DNA of 52,382 nucleotides. Origin: a virus. Its lineage: Duplodnaviria; Caudoviricetes. The first letter of the stretch is position 1. Every line of letters begins with the position of its first letter. A program made the position numbers and the translations under genes. The notes under the pieces are model-generated. The model saw only the letters and a list, made by a program, of their open reading frames with translations, had not been told where the DNA came from and did not search any database. Of this stretch, positions 27,688 through 38,166 are shown piece after piece. The stretch spans positions 1 to 52,382 of IMG/VR virus record IMGVR_UViG_3300034175_000204; one strand, 5' to 3'.

Positions 27688-27971
27688 ACCCTGCCGCCTT
27701 CTGGCAGGAATGCCCCGCGACCTTCGGTGCCGCGTTGCGCGGCCGGATCGCGGCGCGGCACGACGGCTATGAGCTCGCGCTGTACGGCGCCTGGCAGAGT
27801 GAGCGCTTTGCGCGTGTCGACAAGCTCAAGCCGCTGTCGAGCTATCTGAAAGAGACGCGGAAGAAGCCGGTGGGCCGGGTCGGCGATCGGCAGACGCCCC
27901 AAGAAATGCTCGCGGCGCTTCAGAACATCGCGGGCACTGGCGTGGCGCTCAAGATCGAAAGGATCCGCTAG
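27615..27971 (+). CDS. -1 frameshift extension (gpGT-like) starting at GGGAAAG 27615-27621
   Basis: -1 frame open from the slippery site: ...DWEALVQQW..LDPAAFWQECPATF... Confidence 0.8.
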   Translation, partial: GKVRDPRERTDWEALVQQWATFDLDPAAFWQECPATFGAALRGRIAARHDGYELALYGAWQSERFARVDKLKPLSSYLKETRKKPVGRVGDRQTPQEMLAALQNIAGTGVALKIERIR

Positions 27972-30900
27972 ATGCAAGCATTGCTGGCATCGCTCGTCTT
28001 TTCGATGAGCGTGAAGGACGAGGCGTTCAAGGCCGGCATGGCGCAGGCGCGCGTCGAGGCGAAGAAGACCGACCAGGACTTCGAGCGGTCGGGTAAAGGA
28101 ATGGCGGCGTCGATCCAGCACGCCGCACGTGTCGTCGACCAGGCGGCGGTGGGGATCGTGGACAGTCTGGCAAACGTCGGCCGCCAGGTCCGCAACGCGG
28201 GCCTGGCGCTCACTGTCGGGCTGACGGTGCCGCTCGGACTAATCGGCAAGGGTGCGAAGGACACCGCGTCGGACTTTCAATCGGCGATGGGCAAGGTCAA
28301 CGCGGCGATGGTGAATGCCAGCCCAGCGCAGATAGAGAAGCTGCGCGCCGCGGCGCTGGAGCTGGGCCCGGCGTTCGGCAAGAGTGCTATCGACGCAGCC
28401 GGCGCGATCGAATCGCTCGCCAAGAACGGCATGAGCGCCGCCGACATTCTGAGCGGCGGGCTGACCAGCGCTCTGAAGCTGGCCATCGTAGGTGAGACGG
28501 ATCTCGGTTCTGCGGCGGACGCTACGACGGATATCATCGCGCAGTTTGGCAAATCGGCTAGTGATCTGCCTCGGATCGTCGATCGCGTCACCGGCGCGCT
28601 TGGCGAGTCCAAGCTGTCGATGGACGATTATCGGCTGGCATTAGGGCAGGCTGGAGGAACGACCGGCAATCTCGGTTACAGCTTCGAGGATCTGAACGTG
28701 GCGCTCGCCGCCACGGCGTCCAGCTTCGAAGGTGGATCGCAGGCCGCCACTTCCTTCCGATCCTTTCTGACCTCCCTGGCGGGGAAGTCGGAGGCATCTG
28801 TCCGGACGATGAACCAGCTGGGACTGTCTTTCTACAAAGCCAATGGCAGTGCACGCGGACTGACCGACATTGCGGAGCAACTGCGTACCAAACTTGGTCA
28901 GCTCAATGACGAAAGCCTTCAGGATGCCGTCAACAACATGTTCGGCACCGACGGCGGGCAGACTGCGCTGGCCTTGATGAGCGAAGGTGCCGAAGGCATC
29001 GAGAAGATGCGCGCCGCGATCGACAAGGTCACCGCGGACGAGAAGATGAAGATCCTGCTCGACGGCGAGGCGCACGCGACGCAGCGGCTGGCGAGCGCGT
29101 GGGAGCGCCTGGGGATCGCGATCGGCGACGCCGGCCTGATCCAAGTGATGACGGCAATCAAGCAAGCCACCGCGTCGGTCATCGAGACGATCGCCAAAGC
29201 GCCACCGGCGTTGTTCTATATGGTGGTGGCCCTTGGCGCCGTAGCGGGTTCGATCGGGCCGGTGATCCTCGGTCTGGCCGCGATCGTCGGAGCGGCGGCA
29301 CCGTTTCTGGTCGGCATGACCAGACTGGGTGTCGCCGCCCGGGTGCTGATTGGCGCGCTTGGCACGCTGGTCAATCCGATCGGCATGGTTGGGCGGATGC
29401 TGGCGCAGATGGCGATCGCGGCGGGCGGCGCGATGATCATCGGACGCCTCGGCACGGCGATGCTCGGACTTGCTGGACCGATCGGGCTGGCGATCACCGC
29501 ACTGACCATCCTCGTTCCTTGGATCACCCGCGCCGGGCAAGCATCCGACGCTGCCCGGGAAGCGGTCGAGCAGGGTCGTGACGCCGAAATGAAGGCGGTC
29601 GACGCGAAGAACCAACTGGCGACCGCGACAGGCAAGCTGCGGGTGCAACTGCTCGCCAAGGCGAAGGCCGATCAGGTTGCCGCACACGCAGCGATGAGGG
29701 CGGCTCAGGCCGACATGCAGGCGGCTCGCGCCACGTACGAGCGGGCGAAGGCCAATTCCGCTACCAAACCGCGCCTGGCGGCGGCGACGGTGGTGTCGAC
29801 GGCACTGATCGCGGGCGGGCTCGACCCGGCAAACGCCATCGGAAACTCGGAGCAGCTCAGAAATCGCCAAGTCGCCGACGCGACGGCCGATTTCCAGACG
29901 CGCATCGATGCGCTCGATGGCCGCATTAAGACGCTCGCTGCATGGAATGCCGCCGTGTCTGCTCCCGCGCCGGCAGCCAAGATCGACATGAACTTCGCCG
30001 ACCCGGCGAAAACCAAGCCGTCCAAAGGCCGCGACAGATCGCAGGACGAGTCGAACTACCTCGACGAACTGGGCCGCAGCCGCGTGGCGCAGTTGCAAGC
30101 GCAGGCCGAGGAGACCCAGGGCATTCAGGCGCGGTATCGCGCCGAAATGACAGAGCTCGACGAAGAGCGGGCATCGTATCAACGCGGCCTTGCCGCCGAC
30201 GAGGGCCTGACCGCAGCCAGGCGCGCGACGCTGCTTGCCGAAAAGGACAAGGAACTCGTCATCCGCCGCGGCATCGCGGAGGATACGCGGTTCGATGCCG
30301 ACGCGCAGCGCGACTACGACCTCGCGCGCGCCACCAACGATGCGCAGCAGGACATCCTTCGCGCGACGCTCGACCTCGCGGACAACCTCAGCGACCGACG
30401 CGTCGGCGAACTGCGGCTGATCGCGCTCCAGCGCCGGCAGGAAGAGGCCGACCTTGAGCTGATCCTGGCGACCAAGGCAACCAGCTCGGCCGAGTGGCAA
30501 AATGCCGCTGACCGCAAGCGCGATCTTGACGGCGTCTATGCCGCCAAGCGCGTCGACGCCGTTCGCAGGACCGAGACGCCGGTGGAGAGCTACATGCGCA
30601 CGCTCAACCGTTCCGCGACCGCGATCTCGGAGGATGTCCAGAGCATCGGCGTCTCGGCGCTCCAAGACATGAACAGCCAGCTGACCGATGCGGTCATGAA
30701 CGCAAAGTCGTTGGGCGACGCCTTTGCGAACATGGGCAAGCGGATCATCGCGTCGCTGATCGACATCGCGATTCAGCAGGCGGTGATCAAGCCGCTGGCC
30801 AACGCCTTGTTCGGCGCGGCCGACGCGGACGGCAATCGCAGCGGGGGATCGCTGACCTCGCTCGCGGCGTCGATCGGCAGGGCATTCGGCGGGGGCAAAG

Positions 30901-31184
30901 CTCTCGGCGGCCCGGTGAGCGCCAGCGAATGGTACGTCGTCGGCGAGCGCGGGCCCGAGGTGTTCGCGCCGGGGGTGAGCGGGACGATCATTCCGAACGG
31001 CGGGCGCGGGGCCGGGCCAGCGAGCGGCGGCATCGCGACCATCGTGCCTTCCCCGTATTTCGATGTCGTCGTCGACCGCCGGGTTGTGCGCGGTGCCGGG
31101 CCGATCGCCGAGGCCTCGACCGGTCGCGGGATCGGCAGCGTTCAACGGGCCAATGCGCTGCGCGGACGCCAGGCGCTGGCATGA
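27972..31184 (+). CDS. Tail tape measure protein (TP901-like core)
   Basis: 1070 aa, Ala-rich; ALGGPV..YVVGERGPEVF C-terminus. Confidence 0.92.
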   Translation: MQALLASLVFSMSVKDEAFKAGMAQARVEAKKTDQDFERSGKGMAASIQHAARVVDQAAVGIVDSLANVGRQVRNAGLALTVGLTVPLGLIGKGAKDTASDFQSAMGKVNAAMVNASPAQIEKLRAAALELGPAFGKSAIDAAGAIESLAKNGMSAADILSGGLTSALKLAIVGETDLGSAADATTDIIAQFGKSASDLPRIVDRVTGALGESKLSMDDYRLALGQAGGTTGNLGYSFEDLNVALAATASSFEGGSQAATSFRSFLTSLAGKSEASVRTMNQLGLSFYKANGSARGLTDIAEQLRTKLGQLNDESLQDAVNNMFGTDGGQTALALMSEGAEGIEKMRAAIDKVTADEKMKILLDGEAHATQRLASAWERLGIAIGDAGLIQVMTAIKQATASVIETIAKAPPALFYMVVALGAVAGSIGPVILGLAAIVGAAAPFLVGMTRLGVAARVLIGALGTLVNPIGMVGRMLAQMAIAAGGAMIIGRLGTAMLGLAGPIGLAITALTILVPWITRAGQASDAAREAVEQGRDAEMKAVDAKNQLATATGKLRVQLLAKAKADQVAAHAAMRAAQADMQAARATYERAKANSATKPRLAAATVVSTALIAGGLDPANAIGNSEQLRNRQVADATADFQTRIDALDGRIKTLAAWNAAVSAPAPAAKIDMNFADPAKTKPSKGRDRSQDESNYLDELGRSRVAQLQAQAEETQGIQARYRAEMTELDEERASYQRGLAADEGLTAARRATLLAEKDKELVIRRGIAEDTRFDADAQRDYDLARATNDAQQDILRATLDLADNLSDRRVGELRLIALQRRQEEADLELILATKATSSAEWQNAADRKRDLDGVYAAKRVDAVRRTETPVESYMRTLNRSATAISEDVQSIGVSALQDMNSQLTDAVMNAKSLGDAFANMGKRIIASLIDIAIQQAVIKPLANALFGAADADGNRSGGSLTSLAASIGRAFGGGKALGGPVSASEWYVVGERGPEVFAPGVSGTIIPNGGRGAGPASGGIATIVPSPYFDVVVDRRVVRGAGPIAEASTGRGIGSVQRANALRGRQALA

Positions 31185-31777
31185 TCGAATTGCCGCCCCT
31201 TCCCGCGCCGAACGGCGCGACGCCCGCGTTGATCGATTACGGTGGCACGCTCCGCTCGCCGCTCGGCGGGCCTGCACTCCGGGTCAACCGCCCAGGCAGC
31301 CGCTACCGCCTCGCGTTCACGTTTCCGCCCTGCGCGAGTGCAAACGAGGGGCGGGTGTTCGTGTCCCGACTGATCCGCGCCAAAAGGGTCGGGCTGCGGA
31401 TGCCGTATCCGCTGCTGAGCGCGCATCAGCCGGTGGCAGGCGACCCGGTGGTCGATGGCGCGGGGCAGTCGGGTCTCACACTGGCGGTTCGCGGGCTGCA
31501 ACCTGGCACGACGGTTCGCGAAGGCTTTTGGCTGTCGATCGAGAACACGACCGGACAGCACTATCTCCACAACGTCGCCGCGAGCGTCATGGCTGGGTCG
31601 GATGGCAAGGCCACGCTGACGATCGAGCCGATGTTGCGGCGCCCGTTCGCCGACGGATGCCGCATACACCTCGCGCGCCCGATGATCGAGGGGTTCGTCG
31701 AGGGCGATGAGTGGCAATGGTCGCTCTACCTCGATCACAACATCGGCATCGAAGTCGCGATCGAGGAGGCCGGATGA
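31181..31777 (+). CDS. Distal tail-like protein
   Basis: Position after TMP; RVNRPGSRY. Confidence 0.6.
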   Translation: MIELPPLPAPNGATPALIDYGGTLRSPLGGPALRVNRPGSRYRLAFTFPPCASANEGRVFVSRLIRAKRVGLRMPYPLLSAHQPVAGDPVVDGAGQSGLTLAVRGLQPGTTVREGFWLSIENTTGQHYLHNVAASVMAGSDGKATLTIEPMLRRPFADGCRIHLARPMIEGFVEGDEWQWSLYLDHNIGIEVAIEEAG

Positions 31778-32346
31778 TGAACCGCGTCATGCTCACCGGT
31801 CTTGTCGAGATCGTGCTTCCAAGCCGCACGATCCGCCTTTGCGACGGCGGCTTCGTCATCTGGGGAGAGAACACTTTCTCGTCCTCGGACGACGAATTCG
31901 GGACGCTCGGCGGGTTCGAGGCGCTGAGCGAGGGCGTCGGCGACGAAGCACCCGCCGGCACCCTGACGATGCTTCCGGCGTCCACGGCAGCGGCCGCGGT
32001 GCTGTCGCAGCCGGGCTATCAGGGATCGCCCGTCCGCCTCTGGATCGCCGAGGTCGATGAAGAGACTGGTCACGTCGTGGAGACGCCCGATCAGCAAGGC
32101 GACTGGCAACTGGACCGCACGACACTCAGGATCGGTCGCGGCACGCGGGCGCTGGAGATGGGCTGCGTCACCCGCGCGCAGCGGCTGCTCGCGCGCAACG
32201 AGGGCAACGTGCTGTCGAGTGCCTTCCACAGCCGCATCTTCCCGGGCGAGCGCGGGCATGACAATGCGGTCGGGCTGCAGGCGAACTTCGCGTGGGGCGT
32301 CGCCTCGCCCCCGCGCGGCGTCGTCGCGAGCGGCACCGTTGGCTGA
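31774..32346 (+). CDS. Minor tail protein
   Basis: Coupled; IRLCDGG, FPGERG. Confidence 0.6.
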   Translation: MMNRVMLTGLVEIVLPSRTIRLCDGGFVIWGENTFSSSDDEFGTLGGFEALSEGVGDEAPAGTLTMLPASTAAAAVLSQPGYQGSPVRLWIAEVDEETGHVVETPDQQGDWQLDRTTLRIGRGTRALEMGCVTRAQRLLARNEGNVLSSAFHSRIFPGERGHDNAVGLQANFAWGVASPPRGVVASGTVG

Positions 32347-32752
32347 CCTGGCCGCGCGGGTCGCCGCGACCGAGCGAGTGGTTGCACGGTTCCGCAACAA
32401 GCCGTTCGACTGGCGCGCAGCTGCGACGTGCGTCCATCTCGCGCGCGCGCAGATGCGGGCCTTGGGACATCGTCCGCCCACGATCCCGCCGTTCCGTTCG
32501 GCGCCGGGTGCGCTGCGGGCTCTGCGGGCGGCGGGCTTTGCGGACGTGGCGGCGATGCTCGACAGCCTGCTCCCGCGCATCGCGCCCGCGGCGATGTGGC
32601 CCGGCGACCTGGCGGTGATCGAAGGTGAGCCGCCATTCGACGCGATCGTCATCGGCGCAGGCGGCAAGGTTCTGGGCTGGCACGGCTCGATGCTCGACCG
32701 CGGGCTGGTGCCGATCGTCGACGCGCCGATCAAGGCGGCGTGGCGGCTGTGA
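32339..32752 (+). CDS. NlpC/P60-like (DUF6950) tail-associated protein
   Basis: PFDW...TCVHLA...GD motif. Confidence 0.65.
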   Translation: MADLAARVAATERVVARFRNKPFDWRAAATCVHLARAQMRALGHRPPTIPPFRSAPGALRALRAAGFADVAAMLDSLLPRIAPAAMWPGDLAVIEGEPPFDAIVIGAGGKVLGWHGSMLDRGLVPIVDAPIKAAWRL

Positions 32753-34635
32753 GCGGCGTCCTGAAAACGATCGGCAAGGTCGCAGGCATCGTCGCCACGG
32801 TGGCGGCTTTCATTCCCGGCGGGCAGCCGATCGCCGCGGCAGCGGCTGCCGTGGCGGCGGTCGCCAACGTCGGCGCGGCGATCACGGCCAAGCCACCACC
32901 GGCTCGCGGTTCGGTCAACGGCATCACGATCGGGACGGATCAGCCGAGCCCGTACATGATCGGCCGCACCTACTTCGGCGGCGCGCGCCAGCAGCAGGTG
33001 GGCTACGGTCCGACGACGAACGACGTGCCGAACCCCTATGCGCTCGCGGTCGATGTCTACTCGGCCGCGGGCCCGATCGACGGGTACGAGGGGTTCTACG
33101 GAGACTTCGCGAGCCTGCCGATGAGCGGTGGAGCGGCGACGGGCTATGCCAGCGGCTTCCTGTGGACCGCGTCGCAGTTGGGGCTCGTTCCCGAGGCCGC
33201 AGCCCTGTCCCCGCACTTCGCAGGCGCTCCGGGCTGGGGCGCGGACTACAAGCTCTCCGGCAAGGCGGCGGTCGCATGGTCGTTCAGGTTCGACCGCAAG
33301 GGCAAGGTGTTCGCCAGCGGCTTGCCGCAGACCGGCGTCGTCGCGCGCGGGGTGAAGGTCTACGATCCCCGCCTGGACGACACCTATCCCGGCGGCCTGG
33401 GGCCGCAGCGGATCACCAGCGAGGCGACCTGGACCTGGTCGGAGAACCCGGGCCTGCATGGCCTGGCCTACGCCTACGGCCGCTATCACATGGGCATGAA
33501 GGTCTTCGGCGTCGGTATCCCGGTCGATGGCTTGCGCGTCGCCGATTTCGTCCACCTGGCGAACGTCTGCGACGCCAACGGCTGGAAGGTCGGCGGCGTC
33601 CTTTTCGAGCCGGGCAACAAGTGGAATAACCTGAAGGATATCCTCGCCGCGGCTGCGGCCGAGCCGTGCTTCGTCGGTGGCAGGTTGGGGGTGCGGGTCA
33701 GTGCGCCGCGGATCGCGCTCGACACGATCACCATCGACGATCTGGCCGATGGCGAGGTCGCGGTCGGTGCGATGCAGGGCTGGGAGGATCGGCTCAACAC
33801 CCTGATCCCGAAATATCGGTCCGAGCCGCACAAATGGGAATACGTGCAATCGACCGTCCCGGTGACGATCGCGAGCTACGTCGTCGAAGATGGCGAGGTG
33901 AAGCAGGAGGAGCGGCAGATAAACCTGGTCCAGGACAAGGATCAGGCTTCGCAACTCTGCGCCTACGAACTGCTCGACGGCCGCGAACTCGGCGACATCG
34001 ACCTTCCGTGCAAGCCGCGGCTGCGGCGCTATGGGCCGGGCGATCTGCTGATCGTCGACTTGCCCGAAGCCGGGCTTGAGGCGCAACCGTGCATCGTGAT
34101 GAAGCGCAGCGTCGATCCCGCGACGATGGCGGTGCGGCTGATCCTGCGTAGCGAGACGATGGACAAACACGCGTTCGCGCTAAGCCGAACGGGCATCGCG
34201 CCGGCCACCCCATCGCTGCTGTCGACCCAGGACCGCGACGTCGTGACCGCCGGCGCGACAGCCGGCGTCCGCGGCGCGTACACGATCCTCGGCGGACAGA
34301 CCGTCGATTATCCCGTGACGAGTACCGCCGACAGTTTCAGCATCGTCGCGTTCGACGCCGTCGTCGACGACGGCACGGCGTTGAGCTTCCCGGCCGGATC
34401 CGTGTCCGGGCTGACGAGCTCGACGGTCTACGTGCTGTTCTACTCGCGCGGGACCGCGAGCTACCTTGCCGAAACCTACCCGGCCAGCGTGGCGACGGCA
34501 TCGTCGGACAATGTTCGTATCGAGATACGGTCGACGTCCGACGGCGCCGGTTCGTACCCCGAGAGCGACCCGCCCCCGCCCGGCTACGGCGGCGGCGGCG
34601 GCGGTGGCCGCTATGAGCGCGTCAACCTGGTCTGA
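32749..34635 (+). CDS. Tail tip/hub protein (gpJ-like attachment domain)
   Basis: GVKVYDPR, WSENP, ANVCD. Confidence 0.75.
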   Translation: MSGVLKTIGKVAGIVATVAAFIPGGQPIAAAAAAVAAVANVGAAITAKPPPARGSVNGITIGTDQPSPYMIGRTYFGGARQQQVGYGPTTNDVPNPYALAVDVYSAAGPIDGYEGFYGDFASLPMSGGAATGYASGFLWTASQLGLVPEAAALSPHFAGAPGWGADYKLSGKAAVAWSFRFDRKGKVFASGLPQTGVVARGVKVYDPRLDDTYPGGLGPQRITSEATWTWSENPGLHGLAYAYGRYHMGMKVFGVGIPVDGLRVADFVHLANVCDANGWKVGGVLFEPGNKWNNLKDILAAAAAEPCFVGGRLGVRVSAPRIALDTITIDDLADGEVAVGAMQGWEDRLNTLIPKYRSEPHKWEYVQSTVPVTIASYVVEDGEVKQEERQINLVQDKDQASQLCAYELLDGRELGDIDLPCKPRLRRYGPGDLLIVDLPEAGLEAQPCIVMKRSVDPATMAVRLILRSETMDKHAFALSRTGIAPATPSLLSTQDRDVVTAGATAGVRGAYTILGGQTVDYPVTSTADSFSIVAFDAVVDDGTALSFPAGSVSGLTSSTVYVLFYSRGTASYLAETYPASVATASSDNVRIEIRSTSDGAGSYPESDPPPPGYGGGGGGGRYERVNLV

Positions 34636-34661
34636 GCAGACCACTGACTTGAGGATCATCA

Positions 34662-37382
34662 ATGGCCGATACTGCCGCTCGCCTCGCGCTTACCGCGCGG
34701 CGCAATGAAGTCTGCCGCTTCACGATTACCGTGACCGGGATCAACCTGACCGGCGTCGTCATGGCGATGCAGGTCAGGCTCGGCCGCGACGTGCCCGGAG
34801 TGCCGCTGATCCAGCTTGCGACGGTGTCGACGCTGGCGGCGGAAGGCCTGAAGCTGGACAGCGTGACGACGACCGGCGGCATCCCGACCAGCGTCATCAA
34901 GGGCAGGATCAATCAGGCGACGATGGCGGATGCCACCAAGGTGCCGTACGCCGGCGAGGTCGGCGACGACACGGTGCTCGCTTATGCGATGGTGTGGACG
35001 CTGGACGGGGACACGCGGACGCGGCTGCATGGCGATTTCATCGTGCAGGCGTCGGCCTATAATTCCGACGACGCGCCGACGAACCGGCCGCTCGGCTATG
35101 GGGCGCCGCGGGTCCTGACCGGATCGAGCGGCGGCGCGCTGACCTTCGGCGACCAGATCGTCAAGGTGTCGATCGGCGGCGTCGAGGAACTCGCTCCCGT
35201 GATTGCCGAGTCAGCGGCGGCGGCGGCGGCAGCGACCGCGGCGGCTGAGACGCTTTCGGATGCGGCAGTGGCAGTGCTGAGGTTCGACAAAGCGCGGCTC
35301 TACGGCGGCGGCTCCGCACCTGCCTGGCTGCGGCTGCTCTGGCTCGCGCAGGATGACGGCTGGGCCCACCTCTACGACCCGACGAACCCGGAGACACGGA
35401 TCACCGCGACCGACGCGGACGGGGTCACGGCCATTTCGTCGGTCGGTGATGGCATGGGGACCTGGATGGCGGCGGTGCAGGCGAACGGAGCCGCGCAGCC
35501 GCAATTGTGGGAAGGCTATTTCGGAGGGCTGTCGGCGCTCGGGTTCACGGCGATTGATAACGACGAGGACGTGCCCCACTTCCTGAAAACCGCCAGCAAC
35601 ACCGGCGTCAACTATCCGTTTTTCGTCATGATCGTCGGCCAGTATGCGGGGACGCAGACCAGCGCAATCGCGGCCAATGGACAAGGCGCGTTTCGCTATC
35701 TGTTCGACGGGCGCAGCCCGACCGGCACGCTTAACTCGGCGTTTCTAACCGCTGGCAACAATGTACCCGCGGTGATGAACGCGCGGGGCGGGCAGGACTT
35801 CAGCGCTCGCGCGGACCTTCCCGCCTTGGGGACGCCAATCGACCACGACGCGCATGTCTGGGGTATCCTATACGGCGGCGCGGCCTCCAAAATCTATCAG
35901 GACGGAGTTGTGGTTTATGAGGGCGACCTCGGCAATTACGCACTGACCGGGTTCACCTTGGGCGCACCCGCCAATGCCGCGACGCGAGAAAAGCAATGGC
36001 ATGGCGCGATCGGAGCCGCTGCGCTCTACGTCGGCACTCCGCCGGACGCCAAGATCGCGCGCATGACGGCGCTGCTACGCTCGATGATCCGCAAGACGAA
36101 CTTCGGCGTCCAGTTATGGATGGGCGGCGGCGAAACGGACGCTTACACCCTGCGCGCCAGCGTCGGGGTGAATGTGACCGATGGCACATATCGGCTGGCG
36201 GCATCGCGCTATCCCGACATGCGCGATCCGATCATCGGCGAGCCGGGGGTGCTGGCTGCTGGTGCCGACGCATTCCTGTCTAGCGGTTACGCGCAAATGA
36301 CCGTGACCGGCCTGCGGCCCGGCACGCAATATTACACCGCGGTTCATGCCGAGGGACAACTCCAGCCCTGGCCCCGCGGCAAAGCACGAACGCCAGCGCT
36401 ACCGGGCACCTCGTTCTCCTGCGCTTTCGGAAGCTGCGAAGAAACCGCTTCCAACCATGCCGTGTTCGACGCCATCGGCACGATGGCGGACACCCGGCCG
36501 CTGCAATTCTTCATGCATCTGGGTGACCACGGCTACCGCGACTACAGCTCGCCGTCTGAAACGTCCTACCTTTTCAATCTGGCGGCGCAGCACCACCATT
36601 TGCGGCAGGCCCGGCTGATCCGCAACATGCGGATGCACTACATCCCCGACGATCACGACAGCGACAAGCAAGGCTCGCTTACCACCAACGCTGACCCGAA
36701 CCGGCCCCACAGGCTTGCACTGCTCAGCGCGCTCAAGAAACGTGTGCCGCTCGGGCTTGCCGACGCCAGCGCCTTCTCCGGCTTCTATTCGTCATGGCAG
36801 GAGGGCCGCGTGCTTTTCGTCGCGACCGACTGCCGCACGATCCGCACCGCGGAAGCCACGATCGACAACTCGTCCAAGTCGATGCTCGGTGCGGTGCAAA
36901 AGGCGTGGCTCAAGGCCCGGTTCGGCTATGCCAAGGCGCAAAAGCTGGCGGTCGTCTGGTTCAACGGGTGCGCGCTGCACTCTCCCCAAAACGATAGCTG
37001 GAACGTATACCAGACCGAGCGCCGCGAGATCGTCGATTACATCAAGGCGCTCGGCATGGTCGGACGGGTCGCCTACGTCGCTGGCGACCTTCACAACAGC
37101 GGCATCGACAGCGGCGTAAACGGTGACTTCGCGACCGGCGGCGGGTGCCCTATTCCGCAGTTCATCGCCTCGCCGCTCGACAAGGCCACCAACGCGCTTG
37201 GTCCGACTGTTTTCAGCGAGGGCGCGGTGGGCGGGGTCAACGGCCAATTCGGCGTCATGGATGTGGCCGATGATGGCGGCAGCACGCTCGGCATCCAGTG
37301 GACTGCCTATCGCACGACCAGCGCGAGCGATCCGACTCTGATCCAGACCCTGTCCTACGCTTTCACGATGACGCTGCCATGA
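34662..37382 (+). CDS. Tail fibre/receptor-binding-position protein with LamG-like and C-terminal PhoD-like metallophosphatase domains
   Basis: GLRPGTQY, FGSC, HLGDHGY, DDHD, DCR, MLGAVQKAWL, DSW, GDLH. Confidence 0.75.
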   Translation: MADTAARLALTARRNEVCRFTITVTGINLTGVVMAMQVRLGRDVPGVPLIQLATVSTLAAEGLKLDSVTTTGGIPTSVIKGRINQATMADATKVPYAGEVGDDTVLAYAMVWTLDGDTRTRLHGDFIVQASAYNSDDAPTNRPLGYGAPRVLTGSSGGALTFGDQIVKVSIGGVEELAPVIAESAAAAAAATAAAETLSDAAVAVLRFDKARLYGGGSAPAWLRLLWLAQDDGWAHLYDPTNPETRITATDADGVTAISSVGDGMGTWMAAVQANGAAQPQLWEGYFGGLSALGFTAIDNDEDVPHFLKTASNTGVNYPFFVMIVGQYAGTQTSAIAANGQGAFRYLFDGRSPTGTLNSAFLTAGNNVPAVMNARGGQDFSARADLPALGTPIDHDAHVWGILYGGAASKIYQDGVVVYEGDLGNYALTGFTLGAPANAATREKQWHGAIGAAALYVGTPPDAKIARMTALLRSMIRKTNFGVQLWMGGGETDAYTLRASVGVNVTDGTYRLAASRYPDMRDPIIGEPGVLAAGADAFLSSGYAQMTVTGLRPGTQYYTAVHAEGQLQPWPRGKARTPALPGTSFSCAFGSCEETASNHAVFDAIGTMADTRPLQFFMHLGDHGYRDYSSPSETSYLFNLAAQHHHLRQARLIRNMRMHYIPDDHDSDKQGSLTTNADPNRPHRLALLSALKKRVPLGLADASAFSGFYSSWQEGRVLFVATDCRTIRTAEATIDNSSKSMLGAVQKAWLKARFGYAKAQKLAVVWFNGCALHSPQNDSWNVYQTERREIVDYIKALGMVGRVAYVAGDLHNSGIDSGVNGDFATGGGCPIPQFIASPLDKATNALGPTVFSEGAVGGVNGQFGVMDVADDGGSTLGIQWTAYRTTSASDPTLIQTLSYAFTMTLP

Positions 37383-37413
37383 TCCGCGGCACCCGCGGTC
37401 ACTGGGGGCGCGG

Positions 37414-37539
37414 TCAAACGAGCAGGTACAGCGCCAACCAGCCGGCGCTCGTGACCAGCAGAGCCCAGGCGATTCCACCGCCAGCCGGCATCGGCGAGTG
37501 GTTCTCGTCTTCAGGCGTCGCGTGAATGATCGTCTGCAT
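37414..37539 (-). CDS. Possible 41-aa membrane peptide (MQTIIHATPEDEN...WLALYLLV)
   Basis: AGGAGG RBS upstream; single TM segment. Confidence 0.45.
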   Translation of the reverse strand: MQTIIHATPEDENHSPMPAGGGIAWALLVTSAGWLALYLLV

Positions 37540-37664
37540 GATGCATCCTCCTGCGGATGACGTTCCGTATCGCCGGCGAGTTGCGGCGCTGTGGCACCGG
37601 GAAGGCAGTTTCATGACCAACGGCAGCTGGTCGTGATCGAACTCGCAGGAATGAAGGGTCAACG

Positions 37665-37940
37665 ATGAGCAACCCACCGACTCCTCGATCCGCGCCTCCG
37701 CTCGCGGTGCTGTTCGGTAGTCTGGGGACGATCGGCATGATCCTGGGCCTGTTCCTGACGATCGGCGGGTGGCGCACCGCGGTCGACCTGAAGATCGAGG
37801 ATCACGAGAAGCGACTGGTCGCGGCGGAGGCGAACCAGCGGACGTATATTCCGGTCCTGGTCGGAATGCAGAAGGACGTGTCCTACCTGGCCGAGCGCGC
37901 GCGACGCGACGATGACCGGCGCGATCGGATGCAACCATGA
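37665..37940 (+). CDS. Small membrane/coiled-coil protein in the lysis region
   Basis: N-terminal TM followed by a coiled coil. Confidence 0.6.
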   Translation: MSNPPTPRSAPPLAVLFGSLGTIGMILGLFLTIGGWRTAVDLKIEDHEKRLVAAEANQRTYIPVLVGMQKDVSYLAERARRDDDRRDRMQP

Positions 37941-38125
37941 CCGAGCTGATCGGGGGCGCGCTGGTGCTGGTCGGCGGCGGGCTGCTGTCAGGCGCCTCGC
38001 TCACGCTCCTGCGGCGCTCCCCGCCGTGCTCGCCGCTCGGCGAACCGTATGCCGCGCTGCCGCTGCCGACAGACCTGCCGCCCGAGCTGGCGGCGCTGAT
38101 GGAGACGCTGGAACGCGTCCACTGA
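37937..38125 (+). CDS. Small membrane protein
   Basis: Coupled; N-terminal TM. Confidence 0.5.
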   Translation: MTELIGGALVLVGGGLLSGASLTLLRRSPPCSPLGEPYAALPLPTDLPPELAALMETLERVH

Positions 38126-38166
38126 GTTTCGCCCCGCTCCGGGGCTCACGACCGAGAGGTACACCC

